NCBI GenBank assembly: GCA_963755915.1
Contig: CAVWLP010000003.1
Span: 1,440,001 to 1,504,000 of the forward strand
Length of the DNA stretch: 64,000 nucleotides
DNA from: an uncultured Phycisphaerales bacterium
Lineage (GTDB): Bacteria > Planctomycetota > Phycisphaerae > Tepidisphaerales > Tepidisphaeraceae
Direction of reading: 5' to 3'
In this document: in pieces, positions 42,576 to 52,184 of the stretch
Layout: each line of letters begins with the position of its first letter
Numbering within the stretch: the stretch's first letter is position 1
Position numbers and translations under genes: made by a program
The notes under the pieces: generated by a model
Databases searched by the model: none
Told to the model about the DNA's origin: nothing
The model's input: the letters and a program-made list of their open reading frames with translations, nothing else

Positions 42576-43690
42576 AAATCAAACAAGTCATTTGCCAAAT
42601 CCTTCGAATTGAGTCCGTGGAACATAAGACCGCCGGCACGCAGGACACGGTTCTGGTCCGCATACGAACGGACAATGGCCTTGAAGGCATCGGAGAGGCG
42701 GACGCTTCGCCCGAGGTGGTCAAAGCGATCATTGATGCGCCATTCAGTCACAACATCGCATGCGGTTTGCGAGAGCTTCTTATCGGAGAAAACGCCCTCG
42801 AGACCGACCGCCTTTGGCAAAAGATGTATCGGCGGACGATGTATTTCGGACGCCGGGCCGTGGGAATTTCGGCCATCTCGGCCGTCGATATGGCCCTCTG
42901 GGATTTGAAGGGCAAGCTCTTTAACCAGCCAATTCACCGTTTGCTGGGCGGCAAGCGCCATGACCGTGTTCTGGCATACGCTTCGATTCTATTCGGCCGC
43001 GACGGCAAGCAAACAGCCGACATCGCGCGGCGATGGCGCGCGGCGGGTTATCGCGCGATCAAATTCGGCTGGGAACCGATGGGGGTTTCTGAGCAGCTCG
43101 ATGTGGAGTTGGTCGCCGGCGCCAGAGAGGGAATTGAAGACGGACAATTGATGATCGATGCGGGCTGCGTTTGGGACGCGCGCACGGCGCTACAGCGAGC
43201 AAATCGCTTTAGGGATTATCGCATCACCTGGCTCGAAGAGCCGTTGTCGCAGGATGACCTGGAAGGCTATGTCTGGCTTCGCGATCATTCACCAGTGCCA
43301 ATCGCCGCCGGCGAAGGCGAATGCGGCCGCGCGGCCTTCCAACCGTGGATCGATCGCCGCGCACTGGACGTATATCAGGTGGATCTTGCTCGCAACGGAT
43401 TTACCGATTCCGCGTATATCCGCCAGCGCGTCGAGGAAATTGGCGCCAGGCTTTGCAATCATTGTTACAAGACGCCGATCAGTGTGGCCGCTTGTCTCCA
43501 TTGGCTCAGCACGTGCCAGGGAGCGTTTGTGTTTGAGGATTGCGTGGAAGACTCGCCTCTGCGGCACGAGTTAACGCACGAAAAAATGCAGGCGAAGGAC
43601 GGTTACATTGCCGTTCCCGATGCACCGGGTCTGGGTGTTACCCTGAACGAGGACTTTGTTAAACGTTTCCTGGTTGCGGAGTCAGACTAG
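42572..43690 (+). CDS. mandelate racemase/muconate lactonizing enzyme (enolase superfamily; probable sugar-acid dehydratase)
   Basis: AISAVDMALWDLKGK, metal ligands MIDAG / WLEEP / AGEG, PGLGV. Confidence 0.92.
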   Translation: MKIKQVICQILRIESVEHKTAGTQDTVLVRIRTDNGLEGIGEADASPEVVKAIIDAPFSHNIACGLRELLIGENALETDRLWQKMYRRTMYFGRRAVGISAISAVDMALWDLKGKLFNQPIHRLLGGKRHDRVLAYASILFGRDGKQTADIARRWRAAGYRAIKFGWEPMGVSEQLDVELVAGAREGIEDGQLMIDAGCVWDARTALQRANRFRDYRITWLEEPLSQDDLEGYVWLRDHSPVPIAAGEGECGRAAFQPWIDRRALDVYQVDLARNGFTDSAYIRQRVEEIGARLCNHCYKTPISVAACLHWLSTCQGAFVFEDCVEDSPLRHELTHEKMQAKDGYIAVPDAPGLGVTLNEDFVKRFLVAESD

Positions 43691-43767
43691 CAGGCGGCGC
43701 CGTTCTCAAAAAAAGATATCCCGAGATTACCGGCTGGCGTTGTCAGCGCTTCTGTCATATCTAACGA

Positions 43768-44361
43768 ATGTCGTATCGAACAATATTGCTCTTTGGTCCC
43801 CCCGGCAGTGGCAAGGGAACGCAAGGAAAGATTCTCAGTGCCAAGTCGGATTTCTTTCATTGCGCCTGTGGCGATGTGTTCCGCCGGCTCGACCCGAAAA
43901 GCCAAATTGGAATTGAATTCGCCAGGTATTCCCGCAACGGGTTGCTGGTACCCGATGAACTGACCATAAGACTGTGGCGTGCGTCGATTCAGTCGATGGT
44001 CGCATGCAGACAATATAAACCTGCAGATCAATATCTGCTGCTCGATGGTATCCCGCGGACCTTCGAACAGGCCAAACTCCTGGCCGATGATCTGGATGTG
44101 CGCACTCTCATTTATCTGTATTGCAACGATGTCAATCAGATCGTTGCGCACTTAAGCAATCGAGAAAGTCTTGAGAACCGCATCGATGACGTGGACATCG
44201 AGATCGTCCGGCATCGCATCGACGTTTACGAGGAACAAACCGAGCCCCTGCTGAATCTTTATCCTCTGAACAAAGTCTATCGAGTGAACGCGACACGCGA
44301 ACGTGAAACCGTTACGAAGGATATTCTGAAGGCCATCGATGAGGTGCGGCTCGATTGGTGA
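43768..44361 (+). CDS. adenylate kinase-like nucleoside monophosphate kinase (short LID)
   Basis: GPPGSGKGTQ, GLLVPDE, LLDGIPRT..QA, RIDD, Y..QT.P. Confidence 0.85.
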   Translation: MSYRTILLFGPPGSGKGTQGKILSAKSDFFHCACGDVFRRLDPKSQIGIEFARYSRNGLLVPDELTIRLWRASIQSMVACRQYKPADQYLLLDGIPRTFEQAKLLADDLDVRTLIYLYCNDVNQIVAHLSNRESLENRIDDVDIEIVRHRIDVYEEQTEPLLNLYPLNKVYRVNATRERETVTKDILKAIDEVRLDW

Positions 44362-44378
44362 TTCTTCTTGCTACTCTG

Positions 44379-46334
44379 CTATTTCCGGCACCAGTGGTCC
44401 CATACTTGGCGATAGACCGCCTCGACATTACGGGCAAAACGCCGGGCATCCATCAGGGGAGAGGCCTGCATCCTTCGGCGCATCGTTTGCCGCAATTGAC
44501 TTAGCCGCGGCAAGTCGCCGGCCAGGGCAATCGCGATTTGCCAGTACTGCTGCGGCGTGTCGGCGATCAGGTCGGTTAATCCGACATTACTTAGGATGCT
44601 CACGCCACCGCGGCCAACGGCAGTTCGGCCGGCCAAGGTTACGACCGGAACCCCCATCCATATCGCATCGCACGTTGTGATCCCGCCTCCCCACGGAAAG
44701 GTATCCAATGCGACGTCGATCCGATCGTAAGTGCGAATGTAATGGTCCCACGATTGCCACTTCAAAAATTCCAACCGGTCAGGGGACACGCCCCGTTCGG
44801 AAAATCGCCGGCGTACTGCGTCCAGATGTGTGCCCGGATGGGAATGAATGATCAGCCGCGACTTCTCCACCGCAAACAGGATCTCCGCCCAAAGATCCAC
44901 TGCCGCCTTAGACACCTTGCTGAAATTGTTGAGGCAGCCATAGGTGACATATCCGGATGTCAACGCTGGCGGCGGCGAAGGTACCGTAGTTGTACCAGCG
45001 ACGTTATAGCACCAATATGTCTCCGGCAACCGAATTGTGCGCTCGCTGTAACGCGAGAGGTCGGAGTCCGATGAATCGATGAACGGATCAGACAGCCGGT
45101 AATCCATTGAGATCATGCCGGTGCTTCCGCAATAGCCGAGATAGGTCAGTTGCACCGGGGCAGGTTTGTATGCGAAGGTCAGGAGCCGATTGTTGGCCGA
45201 GTGGACGGCCAGATCCACGAGAATATCGATGCGGTCTTTTCGAATTAGATCGGCAGCTTCGGAATCGGATATCCCGGCGATATTGCGCCAGCCAGCCGAG
45301 CTTTGCCGGATCGATTCCGTCACCCCATCGACGCGGTTCGCGCACATGTAACAAAGCGGCTCATATTGCTTTCTATCGTGATGGCGCAAAAGCAGCAGCA
45401 CCTGGTGCCCAACCACATGGTTTCGAAAGTCCGGCGACACATAGCCAACACGCAACAGACGATTCGGATCCCGATTATTTTCGTGAAGTCGGATGAATTG
45501 TTTTAGGGGTTCGGCATGTCGCTGATTCCAGCGGCGAAGCTCTTCGAACGCCAGGCCTTGATCCGCGATCGGATCAAGAGAGAGTGCAAAGATCAAACCG
45601 CTGTGTGTCTTCGAACAATTTGGCTTGAGTCGTACAGCTTCCCGATAACACGCGATCGCTTCGTCAAGTTCGCCTCGGGCTTTGAGAACATTTGCAAGAT
45701 GACTGTGAAGATCTCCGGTGTCTGGCCGAAGACGAATTGCCTGACGGCAGGCGGCGATCGCCTCATCGAGCGCTCCGATTTCCTTAAGGGCGTTGCCAAG
45801 ATTTCCAATCGCTTCGGGCAGATCCGGTTGGAATCGGAGGGCTTGGCGATAAGACGCGATGGCCGATTCAATCTCGCCGCGACTCTGCAAAGCAACGCCC
45901 AGTCCATTATGGGCTTCGGCGGTTTCGGGTCCGAGGCGAATCGCTTCGCGAAACGAGGCGAATGCTTCATCAAGCCGGCCTTTGTCTTTTAAGACGACGC
46001 CAAGATTGGCGTGGGCCGCGACGAAATCATGATTGATTTGAATAGCTACGCCATAAGCTGCGATTGCCTCATCCAACCGCCCGCTTGCCCTCAACGCATT
46101 GCCCAGATTGTTGTAATAGTATTCGTTCGTCTTGCAGGCCTGAATCGCACGTTGAATCAGTTCGATTCCGGCATCGGTCCGCCCGGCATGAATCGCGAGT
46201 ACACCCAGCAAATGTAATGCATCCGCATGATCGGGTTGCACCGTCAGAATCTGCCTGCAGAGCAACTCCGCAGGTGCCAATCGCTTCGCCTGATAATGTG
46301 AAATGGCGGATTTGAACTGCTCATCAACCGTCAT
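44379..46334 (-). CDS. TPR + GT41 (O-GlcNAc transferase/SPINDLY-like) glycosyltransferase
   Basis: Several TPRs (NLGNAL...G.LDEAIA.Y..A), RVGYVSPDFRNHVV, IDILVDLA.HS, LNNFSKV, ALDTFPWGGGITTCDAIWMGVPVVT. Confidence 0.92.
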   Translation of the reverse strand: MTVDEQFKSAISHYQAKRLAPAELLCRQILTVQPDHADALHLLGVLAIHAGRTDAGIELIQRAIQACKTNEYYYNNLGNALRASGRLDEAIAAYGVAIQINHDFVAAHANLGVVLKDKGRLDEAFASFREAIRLGPETAEAHNGLGVALQSRGEIESAIASYRQALRFQPDLPEAIGNLGNALKEIGALDEAIAACRQAIRLRPDTGDLHSHLANVLKARGELDEAIACYREAVRLKPNCSKTHSGLIFALSLDPIADQGLAFEELRRWNQRHAEPLKQFIRLHENNRDPNRLLRVGYVSPDFRNHVVGHQVLLLLRHHDRKQYEPLCYMCANRVDGVTESIRQSSAGWRNIAGISDSEAADLIRKDRIDILVDLAVHSANNRLLTFAYKPAPVQLTYLGYCGSTGMISMDYRLSDPFIDSSDSDLSRYSERTIRLPETYWCYNVAGTTTVPSPPPALTSGYVTYGCLNNFSKVSKAAVDLWAEILFAVEKSRLIIHSHPGTHLDAVRRRFSERGVSPDRLEFLKWQSWDHYIRTYDRIDVALDTFPWGGGITTCDAIWMGVPVVTLAGRTAVGRGGVSILSNVGLTDLIADTPQQYWQIAIALAGDLPRLSQLRQTMRRRMQASPLMDARRFARNVEAVYRQVWDHWCRK

Positions 46335-46380
46335 TTAGCCGAGCATTATAACTTGGCCGACGCTCGGTTGCGTAAAAGCT

Positions 46381-47519
46381 CTACCCATTTCCCGTCGCGC
46401 GGGAGGTGGAGGAGCGGGCGATCAGACGCGGGGTGACCAGCACGCTCATCGTCGGACGCGAATGCGGCTTGTCCAGCTTGTCGATCAGCAAATCCACCGC
46501 AGCGATGCCTACTTCCCGAAATTGAGGATGGATCGTCGTCAGCGGAACTTCATACTTTTGGCCCATCGCGCTGTCGTCAAACCCCACCACGGAAATATCT
46601 CCCGGAACCTTCATCCCCATTGACTTGGCGGCGCCGATGATCCGCACCGCCCAGATGTCGTTGAAGCAGACAAATCCGGTCGGATGCTTTGCCGTTTTCA
46701 GAACGGAACGCAACTGGTCCGGATTCCTTTCCTGACCCTCGGCCTGTTCGATGATCCACTCCGGCGGAACCTTCACGCCGGCCACATCGCACGCATCCCG
46801 GAATCCGCCAAGACGCTCGCGATGACAGGGAACATCGTTGGGGTTCGCGTCATATCCGAAATAGGCGAGCCGGGCATGGCCCTGTTCCAGCAGATGGCTG
46901 GTTGCCAAACGCGTCCCCTCGCGATCATTCACACTCACGAAGTCCTCATCGCAGTCGCGCAGCGCGGTGTCCAGCATGACCACCGCGATATTGTTTTTTC
47001 GCAGCTCTTTATACCCCTCGCCCGAGAATCGCCAGAGGGGGCTGAGCAAAACGCCTCGAACGCCGCTGCGGACGAAAGCCTTGATGTGCTGCAATTCGGC
47101 TTCCGCGGTGATGTTCGAGCCGGTGGTCAGCACGTAGCCGCGTTCCGAGGCCTGAAGCGTCGCCGCCTGCAGCACCGAACCGAAGAACGTCGCCTTCTCC
47201 CAGACCAGCGCTCCGATCAGCGCGGTGCCCGTGTCCCCCAGCGTGGGAGGACGGGTCGGATCAGCCACAAATGTGCCGCGGCCCTGCTGCGCGCGATCAG
47301 ACGCTCATTCTCCAGGATCCCCAGGGCGTGGCGGATCGTCCCCCGGCTGATTCCAAACCGCTCCGCCAGAGAACGTTCGTTGGCCATGCGCTGGCCAATG
47401 GCATATTTTCCCTCGCGGATTTCCTGGCGCAGGGTCGAAGCCGCCCGCGCCGCCGGCGTGAGGATTTCGTAGGTCGCCAATTCCGCCGACGCCATCGAGC
47501 GTCTTTTGGTTCGCTGCAT
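46381..47519 (-). CDS. GntR winged-HTH + LacI-type sensor hybrid regulator (AraR-like; frameshift ~47290)
   Basis: GKYAIGQRMANERSLAERFGISRGTIRHAL..L..E.LI then (R)QQGRGTFV; LacI C-domain ND.WA, VPGDISVVGFDD, PLTTI. Confidence 0.9.
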
Positions 47520-47639
47520 GGACCGATCTTTAAGGGGCGATCGAGCTATCACGTTTTAATCCAACGAGAATCGATTCATCCACTTGCCATCCACCCGGGT
47601 AAAAATCCACTGGGTTGAAATCTACAATGCGCCGCCAAG

Positions 47640-47757
47640 TTGTACAACCGGTACAAATAGTCCGAAAAGAGCAACGCTCGAATGTGCCGCAAATTTCGGC
47701 ACAAGCACACATTCCGTTCTGGAATCCCTCCGACTATACGACATTGTACCATTCAAC
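47640..47757 (-). promoter_or_regulatory. GTAC-rich sites upstream of the GntR-LacI gene (putative autoregulation)
   Basis: TTGTACAACCGGTACAAAT at 47640-47658; ATACGA (47736) and GTACCA (47746) 10 bp apart. Confidence 0.5.
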
Positions 47758-47863
47758 CCGGCGGTTGCGATAGGGAAATCTATATTTTTGTGGAGCACGC
47801 CGCCGCCGTGTGCGTTATTTCGCGCGTTGGCGGCTGTAAGGCAACGGCTGAAATGCCGGTAGA

Positions 47864-49465
47864 TCAGGCAAAGGTGAGCGAATATAGGGACGCATCGCGC
47901 ATGAAGAACCGCAGCCTCAGGGCGCCGGTATGGGGGATTTTGCTATTGCCGCGCCAACTCAATCTGTGGGAAGTGCCGTCGCCCTGAAAAACATCGAAGC
48001 TGTCGCGAGAAAATCCAGGGAAGACCTGGTCATCTGTGTCGGTGGCTTCGACCCGGATATAACCGCCTCTGCGGCAGCACGCGTTGATCATTACGTTCGG
48101 CGATTCCGTACGTAAGGCGCGGGTAATCAAAATGCCCTCGCGCACAGGGCCGGCGTCAATTGACACAAATCCGTTCAGGCGAAGCGTCGCGAGGCCCAAT
48201 GCATATTCGACATGCTCCATGCTCGTTGCCTCGGGCACATTGAGACCTTCCTTTTCTCCGACAATCCACCAATCGTGATGGTGGCGTGCGCCGCCGTAAT
48301 AAATATACAGCTCATCACCGACCGGAATCGGCATCGCGCTCATGTTCACCATACAGGAGTCCCACGCGCCAGGTGAAACCGCCAACCACGGCTGGCGGTC
48401 AATCCACTGCCATTTCCAACCGTCGCGACTGAAAGCCACCCGCACATCGAGGGTATTTGAAACCTCATGGAGCACATGTACGAACCCAACGAATAGCTCT
48501 CCTAATCGAAATTGCGTCATTCCGTAGAAACTGTCGTCGAGATTATCGAGCAAGGGATCTGGCGCAAGAATACATTGCGGCCGTGTCCAGTGGATCAGGT
48601 CAGAGCTTTCGGACTGGAAAATTCTGCGTCTGTTTTCGCGGGATTCGTCGTGGGGAAAATGAGGCGGGAAGAAACTTCCGGTGCGCGGGCGGCGCGCGTC
48701 GTAATGGACGGTTTCCATTCCGGCGGAGCGGGTCAGCAGCCGATAGACACCACTGTCAATATCGGGAAAAATGGTGTAGCAGTCACCGAGGCCGTTGCCG
48801 TGTTGTCCGAATCGGGGCAGATCCTTGTGAGAAGTCCAGTGGAAACCGTCGGGAGAATGGTGCAACTCGACGCGCACAACGTCGGTCAATCCATCGCGTC
48901 CGTCACGCGTTCGCATTATTTCATCGCTTAGCTTGTCCGAAAGGACTTGCTGTTCCGGAGCATTTCGGCCAACAACGTATCGATCGAGGAACATTTTGTA
49001 TCGGCGCTGAGGATCGTTTTCCAATGGATCTTCGAACACTGCTGTGGATTCCAGCTTGATGACGTCGAGATTTCCGAGGACGACGTTCGTTCGCCGTCCA
49101 TCCTCATTCAAATAATCGAGCTCCGGTTTGTGCCATTGACGGCCGTCGGTGGAATTGGCGATAGAAGTTCGGCCAGGATTGCAATACAAATAGCCGAGGC
49201 GCTTCACTTCCGCCGTATTCACGCTCCAATCGTCATACCAACACCGGAATTCCGCCGTCTTCGAATCGCGCACGACCGACCAGCCATTGACCGTAAAGTA
49301 GGGATTCTTTTCCCACGGCTTGTCGCGGCGGAGAATTGGTTGCGGCTGTTTTGCCGGCCGGTGTACGGTTCGGTAGATATCCTGGACCTGCTCGATAAGA
49401 ACATTATCGAAAAAGAATTGAGGAACGCTGCCGATATGCAACATTGTTCCGTCCATGTAGTTCAT
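47864..49465 (-). CDS. hypothetical beta-propeller + beta-sandwich protein (paralog-type of 37249-38714)
   Basis: QFFFD, PIL..DKPWE, STDGRQW.KP, SPDGFHW, SSDLIHW, SRDG..W, LRLNGFVS, G.IRVE..D..FPGF. Confidence 0.7.
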   Translation of the reverse strand: MNYMDGTMLHIGSVPQFFFDNVLIEQVQDIYRTVHRPAKQPQPILRRDKPWEKNPYFTVNGWSVVRDSKTAEFRCWYDDWSVNTAEVKRLGYLYCNPGRTSIANSTDGRQWHKPELDYLNEDGRRTNVVLGNLDVIKLESTAVFEDPLENDPQRRYKMFLDRYVVGRNAPEQQVLSDKLSDEIMRTRDGRDGLTDVVRVELHHSPDGFHWTSHKDLPRFGQHGNGLGDCYTIFPDIDSGVYRLLTRSAGMETVHYDARRPRTGSFFPPHFPHDESRENRRRIFQSESSDLIHWTRPQCILAPDPLLDNLDDSFYGMTQFRLGELFVGFVHVLHEVSNTLDVRVAFSRDGWKWQWIDRQPWLAVSPGAWDSCMVNMSAMPIPVGDELYIYYGGARHHHDWWIVGEKEGLNVPEATSMEHVEYALGLATLRLNGFVSIDAGPVREGILITRALRTESPNVMINACCRRGGYIRVEATDTDDQVFPGFSRDSFDVFQGDGTSHRLSWRGNSKIPHTGALRLRFFMRDASLYSLTFA

Positions 49466-49513
49466 GGCAAAACTCCCAGTTCTGGCCAGGTGCGCGGCGC
49501 AGAAGATTGAAGA

Positions 49514-52120
49514 TCATTTCGCTGTGATCGTGGGGCTATACCATTCGCCGGCTGCCCAGAGGTGCGGAAAACCATCGCATAGAAACTCCAGGACAACGTG
49601 TTGTCCGGCATATGCGGATAAATCGACGTCGAAATTCTGAATTGGATAAGGTCGATTGGCGCCTACAATCAAGGTGCTCGAGACTTCTTTCCCGTTAATT
49701 CGAATTACGCCACGATTGTCGCCAACGTCGATCACCGATCCAGGAAGCAGTCCATACGAGCCCGTGAGATGAATGGAATTGGAATCCGGCAATCGACCAA
49801 TGAATAAACCTGTTGCCGTAACGGCGGTAATAAATGAGTCATCTTTTGGAACGAAGTGGCCATCGCGTTGACGCGGCGACACTTGCCAGTGCAGGTTTAC
49901 ACACTTGCCGACGAGTGGCACATCGAGCTTACGATAGGCCCAGAGAAGGCTGAATTTGTCGCCTGACGCATTCAAATCGATCCGCGCGGTCTGCGCCGAT
50001 CGATCTACTTGCACCTCCTCGCCGTCCTGGAAGACCGAAAAGTCATCTGGAACGTGCATGGCGACTTCACCATGACCGGTCATCTTGATACGGAAGAATG
50101 AACCATCGGAACCAACATCGTGGCCAGAATCTTCCCCGGGCCTGATGTCGAGATACGGATCGGTGTACATTGCAAAATCCGCCGGGACGTCCGTGATGTG
50201 AAACCAGTCCTGGGGCAAGCGGATGGATCTGTCGAAGTAGTAGCTCTTAGTCGGATCCAGGCCAATTAAAGTTTGTCCATCGTAGGCAGGCCAGCTTCGC
50301 AGCGCGCCTGGTCCTCCCCATTTCGTGATTCCGAAATATCGGGTGCCGTACCAGGCGGGCTGTTTTCCTGATTGATAGACAACGAGTCCACGGCGGTGCG
50401 GCTCAGTTTCGAAAAACGCGGTGACCCCATTTTTGCCGGTATATGCGGAGAGCCGTCCCGTGCGTAACGGAAACCGGGGCGCTGCGCTGAGGTTATTGTA
50501 TTCAAACGCGCGGGCAATCGGCAGCCACGATTGGCTCCATTTTACGTCCGCAACCGGCATGAAGAATCCCCACTTCTCGTTCGCGTCCATGTATGAAGGC
50601 ATCATTGGGGCGGCCATATATCCCTCAGGATAGAATTTAATGAACTTGTGAAAGATGTAGCCACCGAGTCGATGCCCATCATCAAATTCTGAAAAGCAAA
50701 AGCTGGCGTATCTCGAGCACATGGGATTAAATTCCTCCGTCTGTACCGCCATCTGCGGATAAGTGTCTCGGATCTGTTTGACCAAAAGCATGACGCCCTG
50801 AATAGCGGTAGTGCCGTCGATCAAGAATTTGCCCGTCGGTGTATCTGCCTCGTCGAGATGGATGCAATCGACGCCGGAGTCTGCTGCGTCCTTCAGTTGT
50901 TGCACCAGATAATCTCTCCACGGTTTATAAGCCGCCGAGCAATAGATTTGCCTACCGGGAATATTCCAGTATTGCTCCTTGCCGGTGGCATCGTGGCCCG
51001 TTACTTCGAATCCTGGGCGAAAGCGTTCCGCCAACTCGGGAAAGGCATCGGAGTCGATGCCGGTAGTATTGACCCAAATGCCAATATGGAAGCCAAGATT
51101 TTTGGCGTATTTCACCCATTTCTTGGCGGCATCGGAGAGCCGATAATCCGGATAGTCCATGTCCACGGGAAAATTTCGATAGCCGTTGTTTCGAAACAGC
51201 GCCGTCTTTGACGGGTCCAAAACTTTGGCAAGTTTATCGAGGCTGGCATAGTCGCCGCACAACACGTTCGCCTGGACCTGAATATTGCTGATCCACGAGG
51301 GCGATTGCTGATCGAGCGGCACGAATCCGAGGTCATGCTGCATCCAGTCTACATACGGGTCCACGGCGTCTTCCCATTGACCCCGATACGTTCGAAACCG
51401 GATTTCGTACATTTCCATGGTTCGGCTGGGCACCGGCAAGGATCGGACGAAACCAATATTGGCGGTATCGCCAAGACCCTTCGCCATGACGCATGCAGGC
51501 CCAACCTGAAGGTCTCGCCCTTCCACCACCCAGCCCGAATTCTGCCCTTGAAATAAAAAAATGAGCGGCTGGACATATCGTATATTCGGAGCGTCTTTTT
51601 TGGGATCGCCGCTAAATATTCCGATCCAGGGAGCCGTTGCCTCTTGGCCGACGCCGACATTCGTCACGCCGACGATTTTGTGAGCGCCGATATCACAGCC
51701 GAGAAATAGCATCCGGAGTTCATCCAGTTCCTTTTGAGATCGAACAGAAGCGTGCAAGATGAGATCACCTTGGCCGGGCTGGATTTCCCAATTCAGATCG
51801 AGCTGTGTTCCATCAGGTGATTCGATCTGGACAGCGACAGAACCATTGGTCTGCTGGCCGGAGATCTTGCATCGAGGAAGATCCAGCACTTCAGAGGTCG
51901 AAATCTGCAGTTCGCCCGCATCGGCGGGATCCATCGATAGAAGCACCTGTCCGGTAACCCGATCCCTCAGCCTCATAAGTGTCCCCGACTGAATCGTCGC
52001 TTCGATCCGATCGTTTTGTAACACCACGTGAAGAGGTACAATTTGACCGGCGGCAGTGTTTAGCGCCAACGCGGTGAGCAAATAAGACAGCGCCATGTAT
52101 CGCGAGCGAATTGGCCTCAT
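49514..52120 (-). CDS. secreted DUF6259-like putative glycoside hydrolase (paralog 2)
   Basis: Signal peptide; VDMDYPDY, AKNLGFHIGIWVN, GVDCIHLDE, TEEFNPM; FDVDLSAYAGQHVVLEF; colinear with 25676-28462. Confidence 0.7.
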   Translation of the reverse strand: MRPIRSRYMALSYLLTALALNTAAGQIVPLHVVLQNDRIEATIQSGTLMRLRDRVTGQVLLSMDPADAGELQISTSEVLDLPRCKISGQQTNGSVAVQIESPDGTQLDLNWEIQPGQGDLILHASVRSQKELDELRMLFLGCDIGAHKIVGVTNVGVGQEATAPWIGIFSGDPKKDAPNIRYVQPLIFLFQGQNSGWVVEGRDLQVGPACVMAKGLGDTANIGFVRSLPVPSRTMEMYEIRFRTYRGQWEDAVDPYVDWMQHDLGFVPLDQQSPSWISNIQVQANVLCGDYASLDKLAKVLDPSKTALFRNNGYRNFPVDMDYPDYRLSDAAKKWVKYAKNLGFHIGIWVNTTGIDSDAFPELAERFRPGFEVTGHDATGKEQYWNIPGRQIYCSAAYKPWRDYLVQQLKDAADSGVDCIHLDEADTPTGKFLIDGTTAIQGVMLLVKQIRDTYPQMAVQTEEFNPMCSRYASFCFSEFDDGHRLGGYIFHKFIKFYPEGYMAAPMMPSYMDANEKWGFFMPVADVKWSQSWLPIARAFEYNNLSAAPRFPLRTGRLSAYTGKNGVTAFFETEPHRRGLVVYQSGKQPAWYGTRYFGITKWGGPGALRSWPAYDGQTLIGLDPTKSYYFDRSIRLPQDWFHITDVPADFAMYTDPYLDIRPGEDSGHDVGSDGSFFRIKMTGHGEVAMHVPDDFSVFQDGEEVQVDRSAQTARIDLNASGDKFSLLWAYRKLDVPLVGKCVNLHWQVSPRQRDGHFVPKDDSFITAVTATGLFIGRLPDSNSIHLTGSYGLLPGSVIDVGDNRGVIRINGKEVSSTLIVGANRPYPIQNFDVDLSAYAGQHVVLEFLCDGFPHLWAAGEWYSPTITAK

Positions 52121-52184
52121 TTCATTCTCCCTTTCGACAAAGCGAAAAGCCGGCCGCCTTGCGCGAATGCGAAAATATGCGGCT

